IMG/VR virus record: IMGVR_UViG_3300036466_000252
Coordinates: 1 to 50,611 of that record
Strand: one strand, 5' to 3'
DNA: 50,611 nt
Origin: a virus
Lineage: Duplodnaviria; Caudoviricetes
Both the position numbers and the translations under genes were made by a program. The notes below the pieces were generated by a model. The model saw only the letters and a list, made by a program, of their open reading frames with translations, searched no databases and had not been told where the DNA came from. The stretch's first letter is position 1. Each line of letters opens with the position of its first letter. This document shows, one piece after another, positions 16,705-25,167 of the stretch.

Positions 16705-18336
16705 TTAGCCGTTGACGCTCTTGCGAATACCGAAACCGCTGGGCGGCTGGTTGTCATTGGCGATTTGCTGCTGGCGGAGCGCGTCGATAGCCTGCTGCAG
16801 TTCCTTGGGCTTCATGCGCATTAGACTTGCGGGGTCGATACCTGCCTCGTTGACTTGCTCGGAGTTGCAGGCGGCCAGTTCATCGCGCAGCTGGTCGCGC
16901 AGCCGCTCCTTCGCTTCGCGGGCTTCCAGCACCCTTTCTGCGTGTTCCTTGCTGAAACCTGCGCTCAAGAAGTCCGCCACTGTCTTGCAGCTCTGTTGCT
17001 TCTTCTTCTTGTCCGCGCGCATCTGGGCAATGCGGGCATCGTCCAGTATTTTCAGCTCGGCCTCGACCTGCTTGAGCGTGCGGCCTTGGTGCGGGTAGAC
17101 GAAACCGCAATGCGGGCACGTAGGCTGCGGCTCGTGGGCAAAGAAGCATTCCGGGCACTGGCGCACGTTTATATCCGGCTCGCTTGGCCCGTTGCCGCCC
17201 CGGCCTTTGCGGCCGTCCAGCGTCCATTCGATTTCGTCCGTGATAAGGCCGTGCTTCAGCGTGTTGCCCACGTGGTCCAGAATGATGGCGCTTGACTTGC
17301 CCGGGGCCGGGCGCAACGCCCTGCCGGCCTGCTGGCGGTACAGCCCGAGGCTGTCGGTAGGGCGCAGCATAATGGCGGCCCGGATGGCGGGAATGTCCAG
17401 TCCCTCGCCAATCAGATCGGCGCTGGTCACCACCTGATATTTACCGCTTGCCAGACCGCCCAAGCGCTCCCGGCGCTCGGTATCCGACAGGGTGCCATCC
17501 ACTGACGTGGCGGCCCACCCGGCTGCGCGGAACTGCTCGGCAACGTCCTGCGCCGCCCCTACATCGACACAGAAGGCGACAGCAGGCTCGCCCGGGCACA
17601 GCCGGCCGTAATGGTCCACCGCGCTGCCATAGACGGCCGCACCCATGCGCTCCTTCGCCGCGCCCCGGGTGTAGTCGCCCCCTGACTTCTTCGCGCCGCG
17701 CATGTCGATAACGTCCGGCACGTAGACTTCCGGCTGTGCAAGGTATCCGCCATCAATAAGCTCCTGCACCTGCGGACCCATTACCAGCTGCTGAAAATAG
17801 CCGTCCGCATGCGCGCCCAAGCCTTTTCCATCGAGCCGCTCCGGGGTGGCAGTAAAGCCCACGCCGATGGCCTTGGGGTAGGCGTCGAACACCTTGCCCC
17901 ACGTATTGCCCTTGCTGACGTGGTGGGCCTCATCAATCAGGATTACATCGGGGTCAGGCAGCGCCTCCATGCGGCGGATATAGGTCTGCACGCTGGCCAC
18001 GGTTACCAGCGCCTTAGAATCCACCATGCTGCGGCCAATGGTGCGCCACTGCTGTGACTCGATTTCCTTGGCCTGCTGGCCTGCCACCACCAGCTGATGG
18101 CGAATGCCCAGCTTAGCGAACGTCAATGATGCCTGCGTCACAAGCTCCTGCCGGTGGGCGACGAACAGCACGCGCTTGCCATTGCTGGATGACTGGTGCG
18201 CGATGAAGCCAGCCGTGGGAGTCTTGCCCCCACCTGTCGGCACCACCACCAGTGGCAGGCGCGCCCCCGCCCTGATCGCCTGCCGGACCCCTTCAATTAC
18301 ATTCTTTTGGTAGTAGCGCAGCTGTATCACGGTCAA
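16705..18336 (-). CDS. SF2 DEAH helicase (RadD/YejH-like) with Zn ribbon
   Basis: PTGGGKT, DEAHH, TATP, QQAGRALR, CPEC/CPHC. Confidence 0.93.
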   Translation of the reverse strand: MTVIQLRYYQKNVIEGVRQAIRAGARLPLVVVPTGGGKTPTAGFIAHQSSSNGKRVLFVAHRQELVTQASLTFAKLGIRHQLVVAGQQAKEIESQQWRTIGRSMVDSKALVTVASVQTYIRRMEALPDPDVILIDEAHHVSKGNTWGKVFDAYPKAIGVGFTATPERLDGKGLGAHADGYFQQLVMGPQVQELIDGGYLAQPEVYVPDVIDMRGAKKSGGDYTRGAAKERMGAAVYGSAVDHYGRLCPGEPAVAFCVDVGAAQDVAEQFRAAGWAATSVDGTLSDTERRERLGGLASGKYQVVTSADLIGEGLDIPAIRAAIMLRPTDSLGLYRQQAGRALRPAPGKSSAIILDHVGNTLKHGLITDEIEWTLDGRKGRGGNGPSEPDINVRQCPECFFAHEPQPTCPHCGFVYPHQGRTLKQVEAELKILDDARIAQMRADKKKKQQSCKTVADFLSAGFSKEHAERVLEAREAKERLRDQLRDELAACNSEQVNEAGIDPASLMRMKPKELQQAIDALRQQQIANDNQPPSGFGIRKSVNG

Positions 18337-18525
18337 TCAGACCTCGTAAAAGTCGTTGGCTGTCACGGTTCCCTTAGACCACTTGGCGATCAGTCGCATG
18401 CTCTCGATATCCGGGATAGACTTGCCGGTTTCCCACCGCCAAAGGGTCACAGTTGACGTGCTCAAGTCGCGCGCCGCGTCCTTCGCGCTGATGTTCATGG
18501 CTTCGCGGTATTGCTTCAGTTTCAT
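18337..18525 (-). CDS. Cro-like XRE HTH regulator
   Basis: 62 aa 'AKDAARDLSTSTVTLWRWETGKSIP...GTVTANDFY'; sits at the divergence point. Confidence 0.85.
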   Translation of the reverse strand: MKLKQYREAMNISAKDAARDLSTSTVTLWRWETGKSIPDIESMRLIAKWSKGTVTANDFYEV

Positions 18526-18572
18526 GGCGGGTATGCCCTCGGTGCATTCAGGTTATGGTTGACGCCGCAAAG

Positions 18573-18591
18573 TATTACACATGAGGCAATG
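18573..18591. promoter_or_regulatory. Palindromic operator TATTAC-N7-GCAATG upstream of the Cro-like gene
   Basis: Matches the genome-wide consensus. Confidence 0.7.
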
Positions 18592-18690
18592 CCTTGCATA
18601 GTCTGCCCGGCCTTTCCTGCTTTTCCCGCTTCGCCTGTCGCGCCCACAATAGCGCCCGATTATCAATGTGCCAGTTTTTTAGGCGCTTGC

Positions 18691-18725
18691 TTGCAATGCT
18701 GAAAAACGTTGCGTAAAGTGTAATT
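18691..18725 (+). promoter_or_regulatory. sigma70 promoter TTGCAA-17-TAAAGT overlapped by a degenerate operator (18707-18725)
   Basis: Canonical spacing; upstream of the recombination operon. Confidence 0.65.
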
Positions 18726-18769
18726 GCCTTGCGGTGCTCGCCGTTAGGCAGACTAGGAGATCCCCCCGC

Positions 18770-19723
18770 ATGAATCTTGACAAGTTGCCCGCCATGTTTG
18801 GCGGCGATGAATTGAGCAATGAGGCGTACCACTCAGGCCCGGGCATCAGCAAAAGCCAGCTTGACTATATCGCCAAAGAGCCGGCGCTGCTCCACTGGTC
18901 ACGCAATGCACCGCGCGACACGGAGGCGAAAACGGCCGTGGACCTTGGCGACGCCCTGCACGCCATGCTTCTTGAGCCAGACCGCTTTCACGAAGAATAT
19001 TGCTGTGACTTCGCCCCGCCAGCTGATGCACTGGTGACGACCGACCAGCTCAAGGCCCACCTCGACAAGATCGGGGCGGACTACAAGAAGACCGGCACGA
19101 AGGCCGTGCTTGAAGCCGCATGCCTTGAGGCTGACCCGGATGCACCGATAGCCAGCGTCCTGCGCAAGCGATGGGAGGAAAGCGTCGGCAAGCGGCACAT
19201 TTTCACCGCCGAGGAGTGGCGCAAGCTGCACCTCATGCAAGCCAGCGTGATGGCCCACCCGACAGCGAAGGCGCTGCTTGAAGACGACAGCGGCATAAAC
19301 GAAGCGAGCCTGTACTGGCGCGACGCCGAAACGGGCGTGCTGTGCCGGTGCCGCCCTGACCGTATGGTTCCGCGTTACAAGATGGTGCTCGACGTCAAAA
19401 GCACGGCCGATATCGACAAGTTCGAGCGCAGCTTGATGGACTACCGCTATCACGTGCAGGCACCGTTCTATAACGCCGGATATGAAGCCTACTTTGGCGA
19501 GCCGCCCCGGGCGTTTGTCTTCCTCGTTGTCAGCAGCAGCCGCAGCGCCGGGCGCTACCCGGTGCGCTTGGTCAGCCTGCACCCGGACGATTACGCGCAA
19601 GGGCTGGATGAAATGCGCGGCAATCTCGAGACATACGCCGAGGCTGAGCGCTCCGGCATCTGGTCGGGCATCGGCACCGTCAGGCTGCCCCGTTTCGCCC
19701 GCAGAGAAACCACCACCCGCTAA
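18770..19723 (+). CDS. RecE/exonuclease VIII-like PD-(D/E)XK nuclease (DUF3799-like)
   Basis: 'SNEAYHSGPGISKSQLD', 'CRCRPD...DVKST', 'YHVQAPFY'; AGGAG RBS before MNLDK. Confidence 0.9.
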   Translation: MNLDKLPAMFGGDELSNEAYHSGPGISKSQLDYIAKEPALLHWSRNAPRDTEAKTAVDLGDALHAMLLEPDRFHEEYCCDFAPPADALVTTDQLKAHLDKIGADYKKTGTKAVLEAACLEADPDAPIASVLRKRWEESVGKRHIFTAEEWRKLHLMQASVMAHPTAKALLEDDSGINEASLYWRDAETGVLCRCRPDRMVPRYKMVLDVKSTADIDKFERSLMDYRYHVQAPFYNAGYEAYFGEPPRAFVFLVVSSSRSAGRYPVRLVSLHPDDYAQGLDEMRGNLETYAEAERSGIWSGIGTVRLPRFARRETTTR

Positions 19724-19732
19724 GGAAACGAC

Positions 19733-20740
19733 ATGTCAGTAATCAATATCCGCAAGGCGCAACGTGAAGGCGCACGCATGGTGCTTGGCCTTGCCGGCCA
19801 GTCAGGCGACGGCAAGACACTGACCGCCCTCTATCTGGCGTGGGGCTTGGCCAATTACGACAGCAGCAAGGTGGGCTTCCTCGATACGGAGAACCGGCGC
19901 GGCAGCCTGTATGCCAATAGCCTGCAGGACGCGAATGGCAAGGTGCACGAGTTTCTTATCGGTGACCTGTACCCACCCTTCACGCCGGAGCGCTATTCGG
20001 AAGCAATTCAGGCGTTTGTCGATGCCGGGGTGGAAGTGCTGGTGATCGACAGCGTTACGCATGAGTGGGAAGGCACTGGCGGGTGCGAAGAGATTGCCCG
20101 CAGCACCACGAAGAAGACCGCTGACTGGCTGCAGGCCAAGGCCCGCCATAAAGGTTTCGTGAACCAGTTGCTGCAGTCGCCGCTCGACGTCATTTGCTGC
20201 ATCCGGGCGCGTGAAAAGACGGACTTCACGAACCCGGCGCGGCCGCAATCAATGGGCGTCCAGCCGATACAAGAAAAGAACTTCATGTTCGAGATGACCG
20301 CCAGCCTGATGATGCATGACAAGGGGTGGAACCAGACCATCTTGAAGTGCCCGGAGGAGCTGCTGCCGATCCTTGGCCGCCAGCAAGGCTACATCGGGCC
20401 GCAGGACGGCAAGGCGCTGCGCGAATGGCGCGACGGGGGCAAGAAGGTTGACCAGAAGCTCGCCACCCTGCGCGACCGCCTGCAGCAGCAGACCGAGCAG
20501 GGCGAAAAGCACCTGCACAAGTGCTGGAAAGCCCTGACAGACGCCCAGCGCAACGCCGTGGGCGAAGACTACTACGCGACGCTGACGCAGAGCGCGCGGG
20601 CATACGACGACGCCCGGGAGACGGTGACCGATAGCCAAGTTGACGATTTGAATAGCGAGCTGGGGAGTATTGGCGGGCCAGCAGCGGCCGCCAATACGGA
20701 TGCACCGCCAGCAGCAGACCAGCAGCCCCGGCAGCGGTAG
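19733..20740 (+). CDS. AAA ATPase (Sak4-like recombinase)
   Basis: GQSGDGKT, DTE, VIDSVTHEW; adjacent to the RecE-like nuclease. Confidence 0.8.
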   Translation: MSVINIRKAQREGARMVLGLAGQSGDGKTLTALYLAWGLANYDSSKVGFLDTENRRGSLYANSLQDANGKVHEFLIGDLYPPFTPERYSEAIQAFVDAGVEVLVIDSVTHEWEGTGGCEEIARSTTKKTADWLQAKARHKGFVNQLLQSPLDVICCIRAREKTDFTNPARPQSMGVQPIQEKNFMFEMTASLMMHDKGWNQTILKCPEELLPILGRQQGYIGPQDGKALREWRDGGKKVDQKLATLRDRLQQQTEQGEKHLHKCWKALTDAQRNAVGEDYYATLTQSARAYDDARETVTDSQVDDLNSELGSIGGPAAAANTDAPPAADQQPRQR

Positions 20741-20788
20741 ACCCGGTGACAGGCAAGGCATTCTGAGCAGCAAAAGAAAGGGCAGGAT

Positions 20789-20992
20789 ATGCATAACCAG
20801 CGCACGGATGCGCAGCTGCTGACGAGCGATGAAGTCGTCAGGCGGTACCGCGACCAGATTACAGTGAAAACGCTGTCCAACTGGCGCAGCGCCGGGCAAG
20901 GCCCGGCATACGTGAAGATCGGCGGCCGGGTGCTGTACCCGGTCGCGGACTTAGAGAGATGGGAACAGGAACGCCGTATCAGAACGGCATGA
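20789..20992 (+). CDS. Excisionase-like/AlpA-like HTH protein
   Basis: 'TLSNWRSAGQGPAYVKIGGRVLYPVADLERWE'. Confidence 0.85.
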   Translation: MHNQRTDAQLLTSDEVVRRYRDQITVKTLSNWRSAGQGPAYVKIGGRVLYPVADLERWEQERRIRTA

Positions 20993-21001
20993 GGCCACAA
21001 C

Positions 21002-21391
21002 ATGAGCGAGCAGCAAGCAGCAAATATCAACAGCGCACCCCTCCGGGTGTCGGCAGCGCTGGGCGACTTCTTTACAGCCGCCCGCGACCCCAGCCACCCA
21101 TACCACGAAGTTGCCGATGTACTGGTCAGGGCATACACCCAAGCGGCTGCAGGCAAGGGGCATGACCGCCACGGCAAAGACGACATCCCGTTCCGCGACC
21201 AGCGCATGCAGACCATCGCGCAAGGTCAGGGCCACTCGGGCGGCATGGTCTACCAGATTTGCAAGAAGGCCGAGGAGGCCGAAGGTCTGCCGACACCGGC
21301 AGCCGTGCACGAATACCTCGGGTGCATTATCTACGCATGCGGCACCGTGCTTTTCCGTGAAACCCAAGCGAAGAAGGAGCAGAGCCAGTGA
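21002..21391 (+). CDS. Hypothetical phage protein
   Basis: Operon position; 'QAAAGKGHDRHG...PFRDQ' motif. Confidence 0.75.
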   Translation: MSEQQAANINSAPLRVSAALGDFFTAARDPSHPYHEVADVLVRAYTQAAAGKGHDRHGKDDIPFRDQRMQTIAQGQGHSGGMVYQICKKAEEAEGLPTPAAVHEYLGCIIYACGTVLFRETQAKKEQSQ

Positions 21392-22116
21392 ACCCGACAA
21401 GCTACCAGCAAGCCGCAATGCGCACCAACTCCGACACGGTAGGCACCTACGGCCGGGACAGCATCAACCTTGCGCACGCTGCGCTTGGTCTTTGCGATGA
21501 GGTTGCCGAGCTGCGGCAGGCGCTTGAGCGCCGTCCCTTCAATCCCACCAACTTCGCAGAAGAATGCGGCGACCTGCTGTGGTTTGTCGCCTTGGGGTTC
21601 GAGGGGCTGCATGTCGATTTTTGGGGAACGACTGATTATTACGTTGGCCGCTCTGGCGGGCATACCGCCACGCAGCTGCGCGACCTTGAGTCCCGCGCCA
21701 TGGCATTTGCCGCCACGGTCAAAGGTGCGTTCGCCTACGGCCGAGACGTCAATGACAGCCGGGCAACCATCCAGCTGGCAGAGATTGCCGAACTGGTGGC
21801 TGACATGCTGTCTGATTTCGGGCTGACGACCGAGCTTGCGATGCAGGCGAACATCAACAAACTGCAGGCGCGCTACCCTGAAAAGTTCAGCGCTGACCGG
21901 GCAAACCGCCGCGACTTGGCCGCCGAAGAGGCCGCGCTCGAGCTTGAGCCGGGGGCAATCGTCTGCACTACGCCAGACCATGCCGACATGGCCATCAGCC
22001 GCATGTGCGCTTACGACCAGCAGCCGCAGCGCCGCTTCGACAGCAAGCTCCGCCAGTGGGTCGTATGGCCCACCGCCAACATTGATGCAGACCGCCAGCA
22101 GGAGAAAGGGCAGTGA
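21388..22116 (+). CDS. MazG-like nucleoside triphosphate pyrophosphohydrolase
   Basis: 'ALGLCDEVAEL...EECGDLLWF' and 'NINKLQARYP'. Confidence 0.8.
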   Translation: MNPTSYQQAAMRTNSDTVGTYGRDSINLAHAALGLCDEVAELRQALERRPFNPTNFAEECGDLLWFVALGFEGLHVDFWGTTDYYVGRSGGHTATQLRDLESRAMAFAATVKGAFAYGRDVNDSRATIQLAEIAELVADMLSDFGLTTELAMQANINKLQARYPEKFSADRANRRDLAAEEAALELEPGAIVCTTPDHADMAISRMCAYDQQPQRRFDSKLRQWVVWPTANIDADRQQEKGQ

Positions 22117-22673
22117 ACAAGGGATTTTATACCGGCAACGTGGGCCGCGAGCCGGAAGCGCGCAAGGTGGCGACAGCGAACGGCGAAATGACCGTCCTGA
22201 ATTTCCCGCTGGCGGTCAAGAAGCGCCAGAAGGGAAGTGACGGCAAGCCGCTTACACTTTGGATTGACTGCGCCATCTGGGGCAAGCGCGCGGAAAGCCT
22301 GCAGCGCTACATCCAGAAGGGCGACAAGCTGGCCGTGTCTGGCGAAACTGACGTGCGCGGGTACACCAATAGCAACGGGCAAGCCGTGGGCGTCATGGTG
22401 CTGACCATAGACGACATTGACCTCGATCCGCGCGGGGCCGACCGTGCCCAGCAGGGTGGCCAGCAGGGCTACCAGCAGGGTGGCCAGCAGGGTGGCCAAC
22501 AGCAAGCCCCCGCAGGTCAGGCGCAGCAGCAGCGCCCGGCAACCACCGCCCCATCAGTGCCGGCACAGGGCGCAGCAGTGCCCGGCCAGCCGGCAGGCCA
22601 ACCAACAGGCCCGGCTGTAGGTGCGCCTGCTCCCGGTAGCTTCGATGACTTCGACGACGAAATCCCCTTCTAG
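22113..22673 (+). CDS. ssb: Single-stranded DNA-binding protein
   Basis: OB-fold 'GNVGREPE...IWGKRAE...KGDKLAVSG', Q/G-rich linker and acidic DDEIPF tail. Confidence 0.95.
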   Translation: MNKGFYTGNVGREPEARKVATANGEMTVLNFPLAVKKRQKGSDGKPLTLWIDCAIWGKRAESLQRYIQKGDKLAVSGETDVRGYTNSNGQAVGVMVLTIDDIDLDPRGADRAQQGGQQGYQQGGQQGGQQQAPAGQAQQQRPATTAPSVPAQGAAVPGQPAGQPTGPAVGAPAPGSFDDFDDEIPF

Positions 22674-22674
22674 G

Positions 22675-22693
22675 CATTAAGCTGGCCGTAATG
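22675..22693. promoter_or_regulatory. Palindromic operator-like site CATTAA-N7-GTAATG
   Basis: Extended GGCATTA...TAATGCC immediately after the ssb stop. Confidence 0.5.
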
Positions 22694-22694
22694 C

Positions 22695-22775
22695 CATATA
22701 ATGCCCCGGTCTATCGTCCGGGGTTTTTATTACCATTCGGTATTACACAAAGAGTAATGCTCGCGGTATAGTGTG
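22695..22775 (+). repeat. Terminator-operator-promoter cassette, copy D (inverted relative to A-C)
   Basis: TATAAT-GCCCCGG/CCGGGGT-TTTTATTACCATTCGG-TATTACACAAAGAGTAATG-...-GGTATAGT. Confidence 0.85.
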
Positions 22776-22805
22776 ACCATACCAACACGGAACGGAGCAG
22801 CGACC

Positions 22806-23321
22806 ATGAAACAGTTTGCCTTTGAATTTGAAGCCCAGATGCACGCAGCCGAAGAAGAAGCCACCGCAGCCAAGCACGGCAAGACAGTGACCTTCGAGGG
22901 CGGCCGAATCACCTACACCGTGGATATTTTTGTGCGTGTTGATGGCAGCCTCGCCGGCAAGCGCCGCTCCTTCACTGTCGATGGCAAGTTTGCCCCCAAG
23001 GCCAAGGCTGTGGCGCTTGCCAAGGAACTGGAACTCGAGCGCAAGAACGCCGAGGTGTCCGAGCCGGACACTGCCAGCATTGTTGCCCCGACCATCCAGA
23101 GCGAAGGCACCGTCAAAGGCTACAGCGTCACCAACTATGTTGAAGGCTATGAAGTCCTGATCTTCGAGGACGCCGCTGGCCAGCTTTGGCAGAGCGATAA
23201 GGTGAAGCTTCCGAACCCCAGCTTTGGCCAGAAAAAAGGCGCTGATTGGTCACCTGTGCCGACACTGCCGCGCCGGGCCTGCTTCATTGGCCACTACAGC
23301 ATCGAAAGCATGGCCCTTTAA
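22806..23321 (+). CDS. Hypothetical protein (start MKQFAF), first gene after cassette promoter D
   Basis: GGAG RBS. Confidence 0.75.
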   Translation: MKQFAFEFEAQMHAAEEEATAAKHGKTVTFEGGRITYTVDIFVRVDGSLAGKRRSFTVDGKFAPKAKAVALAKELELERKNAEVSEPDTASIVAPTIQSEGTVKGYSVTNYVEGYEVLIFEDAAGQLWQSDKVKLPNPSFGQKKGADWSPVPTLPRRACFIGHYSIESMAL

Positions 23322-23374
23322 CCAGCCACCGCCCCGGGCAGCCGGGGCACCCCATTACCGCAAGGAGCACCGCA

Positions 23375-23557
23375 ATGACCATCTGGCCCGCCCAAATAGC
23401 CAATTCACTGGTTGAACACTTCGCCCTCCACGGCACCGCATGGCATCCCTTCCTCGGCATGTTTGTGCCCGTCGCGTGGTTTGCCATCACCTGCGGCCCC
23501 TTCATCGGCCTGCTGGTCTGGCACCTTGAACGCAAGGAGGCCCGCCGTGCACAGTGA
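23375..23557 (+). CDS. Small membrane protein
   Basis: AAGGAG RBS; hydrophobic FLGMFVPVAWFAITCGPFIGLLVW segment. Confidence 0.65.
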   Translation: MTIWPAQIANSLVEHFALHGTAWHPFLGMFVPVAWFAITCGPFIGLLVWHLERKEARRAQ

Positions 23558-23717
23558 AGCCCTGATTGCGCTGGTCACCATGGCCCAAGCCCGCGCCAAT
23601 GACTACGGTACGCCAATGGCGATTTTCTGCGAGAATGATGCCTTGGTGGTGCGCCCTTTGCTGGGCGTGCGCGAGGACAGAATGGGCGCAGCGCTTGAGG
23701 TTTGCCACCCGCTATAG
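23547..23717 (+). CDS. Small hypothetical protein (GTG start)
   Basis: AAGGAGG RBS; overlaps the upstream stop. Confidence 0.55.
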   Translation: MHSEALIALVTMAQARANDYGTPMAIFCENDALVVRPLLGVREDRMGAALEVCHPL

Positions 23718-24031
23718 CCCGGCAATGCCGTGGCGCTGCCAGACGACGCGGGGCACTTTGGGACATGGCATTACGACACGCATGGCACGACCATATTGAG
23801 GCGATACTGGCAGGCCGCCAGCGCCTGCAGGACGTGCCAGACGAGCACCACGGGCCAGTAAGCCATCTGCTGAAAGGCCCGATATACCAGCGCGCTGACA
23901 GGCTGTTGACCAGCGCGAACTATCAGCCGCAAGCGATCAAGGACGGACTCGCCACCACGCCGGAAACCATCCGCGACATGGTGCAGGACGAAGCCCGGCG
24001 CTTGTGGCGCTACCGGAGCCAGAACCGATGA
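23702..24031 (+). CDS. Hypothetical protein (start uncertain)
   Basis: ATGA coupling to VRR-NUC. Confidence 0.6.
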   Translation: MPPAIARQCRGAARRRGALWDMALRHAWHDHIEAILAGRQRLQDVPDEHHGPVSHLLKGPIYQRADRLLTSANYQPQAIKDGLATTPETIRDMVQDEARRLWRYRSQNR

Positions 24032-24423
24032 GAGAGCAGAACATACAGCAGGCAATCCGCCTGCACATGAGCCAAGGAGGCATCGGAACGTACTTTCGGG
24101 CCAACGTTGGGACGGCATGGACGGGCGACGTTGAGAAGCTGGGCAAGGGCGATATCTTGATCCGCAACGCCCGGCCGTTTAGCACCGGCCTGCCGCCCGG
24201 GTTTTCGGACTTGGTGGGCGTCACGCCCCTGACAATAACTCCGGACATGGTGGGCAAGACTATCGGCGTTTTCACTGCCGTCGAAGTCAAGACACCGCGC
24301 AACGGGCCATCCAAAGAGCAGGCCCGCTTCATTACGGCCATCCAGCGCGCTGGCGGGCATGCCGGCGTAGCCCGCTCGCCAGATGAGGCAGAGCGTATCG
24401 CCCGTGGCGAGCTACTGCTATAA
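24028..24423 (+). CDS. VRR-NUC domain nuclease
   Basis: 'GFSDL...AVEVKTP...SKEQARF...GGHAGVARS'. Confidence 0.9.
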   Translation: MREQNIQQAIRLHMSQGGIGTYFRANVGTAWTGDVEKLGKGDILIRNARPFSTGLPPGFSDLVGVTPLTITPDMVGKTIGVFTAVEVKTPRNGPSKEQARFITAIQRAGGHAGVARSPDEAERIARGELLL

Positions 24424-24429
24424 TCTGTA

Positions 24430-24610
24430 GCGCGGACATGCCCCAGCCTTGGGGGTCATCCTTGCGGCGCGCCGGGCGTCGTGAATACAGGGCACCCGGC
24501 CACCATCCCCGCATGACCAATCCTTCCCGATCTTCTTGCCACCCCCCCCTGATCTTATCGGGCGTGTAGTCGCGCCTGTCATCCGGGTGCGCGGCCACCC
24601 CAGACAGGCA
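24430..24610 (+). ncRNA. Candidate structured ncRNA
   Basis: Extended -10 TGcTATAAT at 24416-24424 followed by ~180 nt without a credible ORF and with four hairpins. Confidence 0.3.
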
Positions 24611-24611
24611 C

Positions 24612-24635
24612 AAAAAAGCCCCGGGGTTCCGGGGC
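24612..24635 (-). terminator. Intrinsic terminator of the late/lysis operon
   Basis: Minus strand GCCCCGG-AACC-CCGGGGC followed by TTTTTT. Confidence 0.8.
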
Positions 24636-24653
24636 AATCACCACTCCCAAGCG

Positions 24654-24893
24654 TCAGGGCGTCGCGGACTTGTGGCCGCGTATCCAGCCCAATGTTTCGG
24701 CCTTGCCGGCACGTTCGCATTCAATGCCAGCCACCAGCCCCCGGGTCACGTCCTCGCCAGTACGTTTGCCGTAGTCAATCGGGCAGGGCTGCAGCGGACC
24801 TTCGGGCGGGTAGGCGTAAACGTATTCAGTCCGGCAGCCGGTCAATGACAGCATCAGACCAGCGCATAGACATGCAGGCAGCAAAATCCTCAT
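24654..24893 (-). CDS. o-spanin (Rz1-like lipoprotein)
   Basis: Signal peptide with lipobox LTGC; Pro-rich; overlaps the i-spanin 3' end. Confidence 0.85.
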   Translation of the reverse strand: MRILLPACLCAGLMLSLTGCRTEYVYAYPPEGPLQPCPIDYGKRTGEDVTRGLVAGIECERAGKAETLGWIRGHKSATP

Positions 24894-25167
24894 CGGCTTG
24901 TTTCCCCTGTTCGATAGCGTCCGCCAAGTCGCGTGCCCTGTCGGCAGCCTCGGCGGTCCAGTCCGCAGCAGCCTGCTGCGCGGCCGCGGTAGCAGCCTGC
25001 TCGCGCGCCAGCCGGTCGCGCAGCTGGTCAATCTGGCCCTGCGCAGCCGTCAGGTCAGCCCGTGCACCTTGGTAGGCCGACACCAGCCACCACAGCGCCA
25101 CCACGGCAAGAACGGCCGCTATGGCGCGCCAGTACCGGGCAAGCTGCCCCAGCGCCTGCCACGGCAT
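24826..25167 (-). CDS. i-spanin (Rz-like)
   Basis: N-terminal transmembrane segment followed by an Ala/Gln coiled coil. Confidence 0.85.
   Translation of the reverse strand: MPWQALGQLARYWRAIAAVLAVVALWWLVSAYQGARADLTAAQGQIDQLRDRLAREQAATAAAQQAAADWTAEAADRARDLADAIEQGKQADEDFAACMSMRWSDAVIDRLPD

Noticed and set aside
22445-22505. CAGCAGGGTGGC repeats in ssb and TKAD repeats at ~39770
   Set aside because: These are ordinary low-complexity protein linkers.
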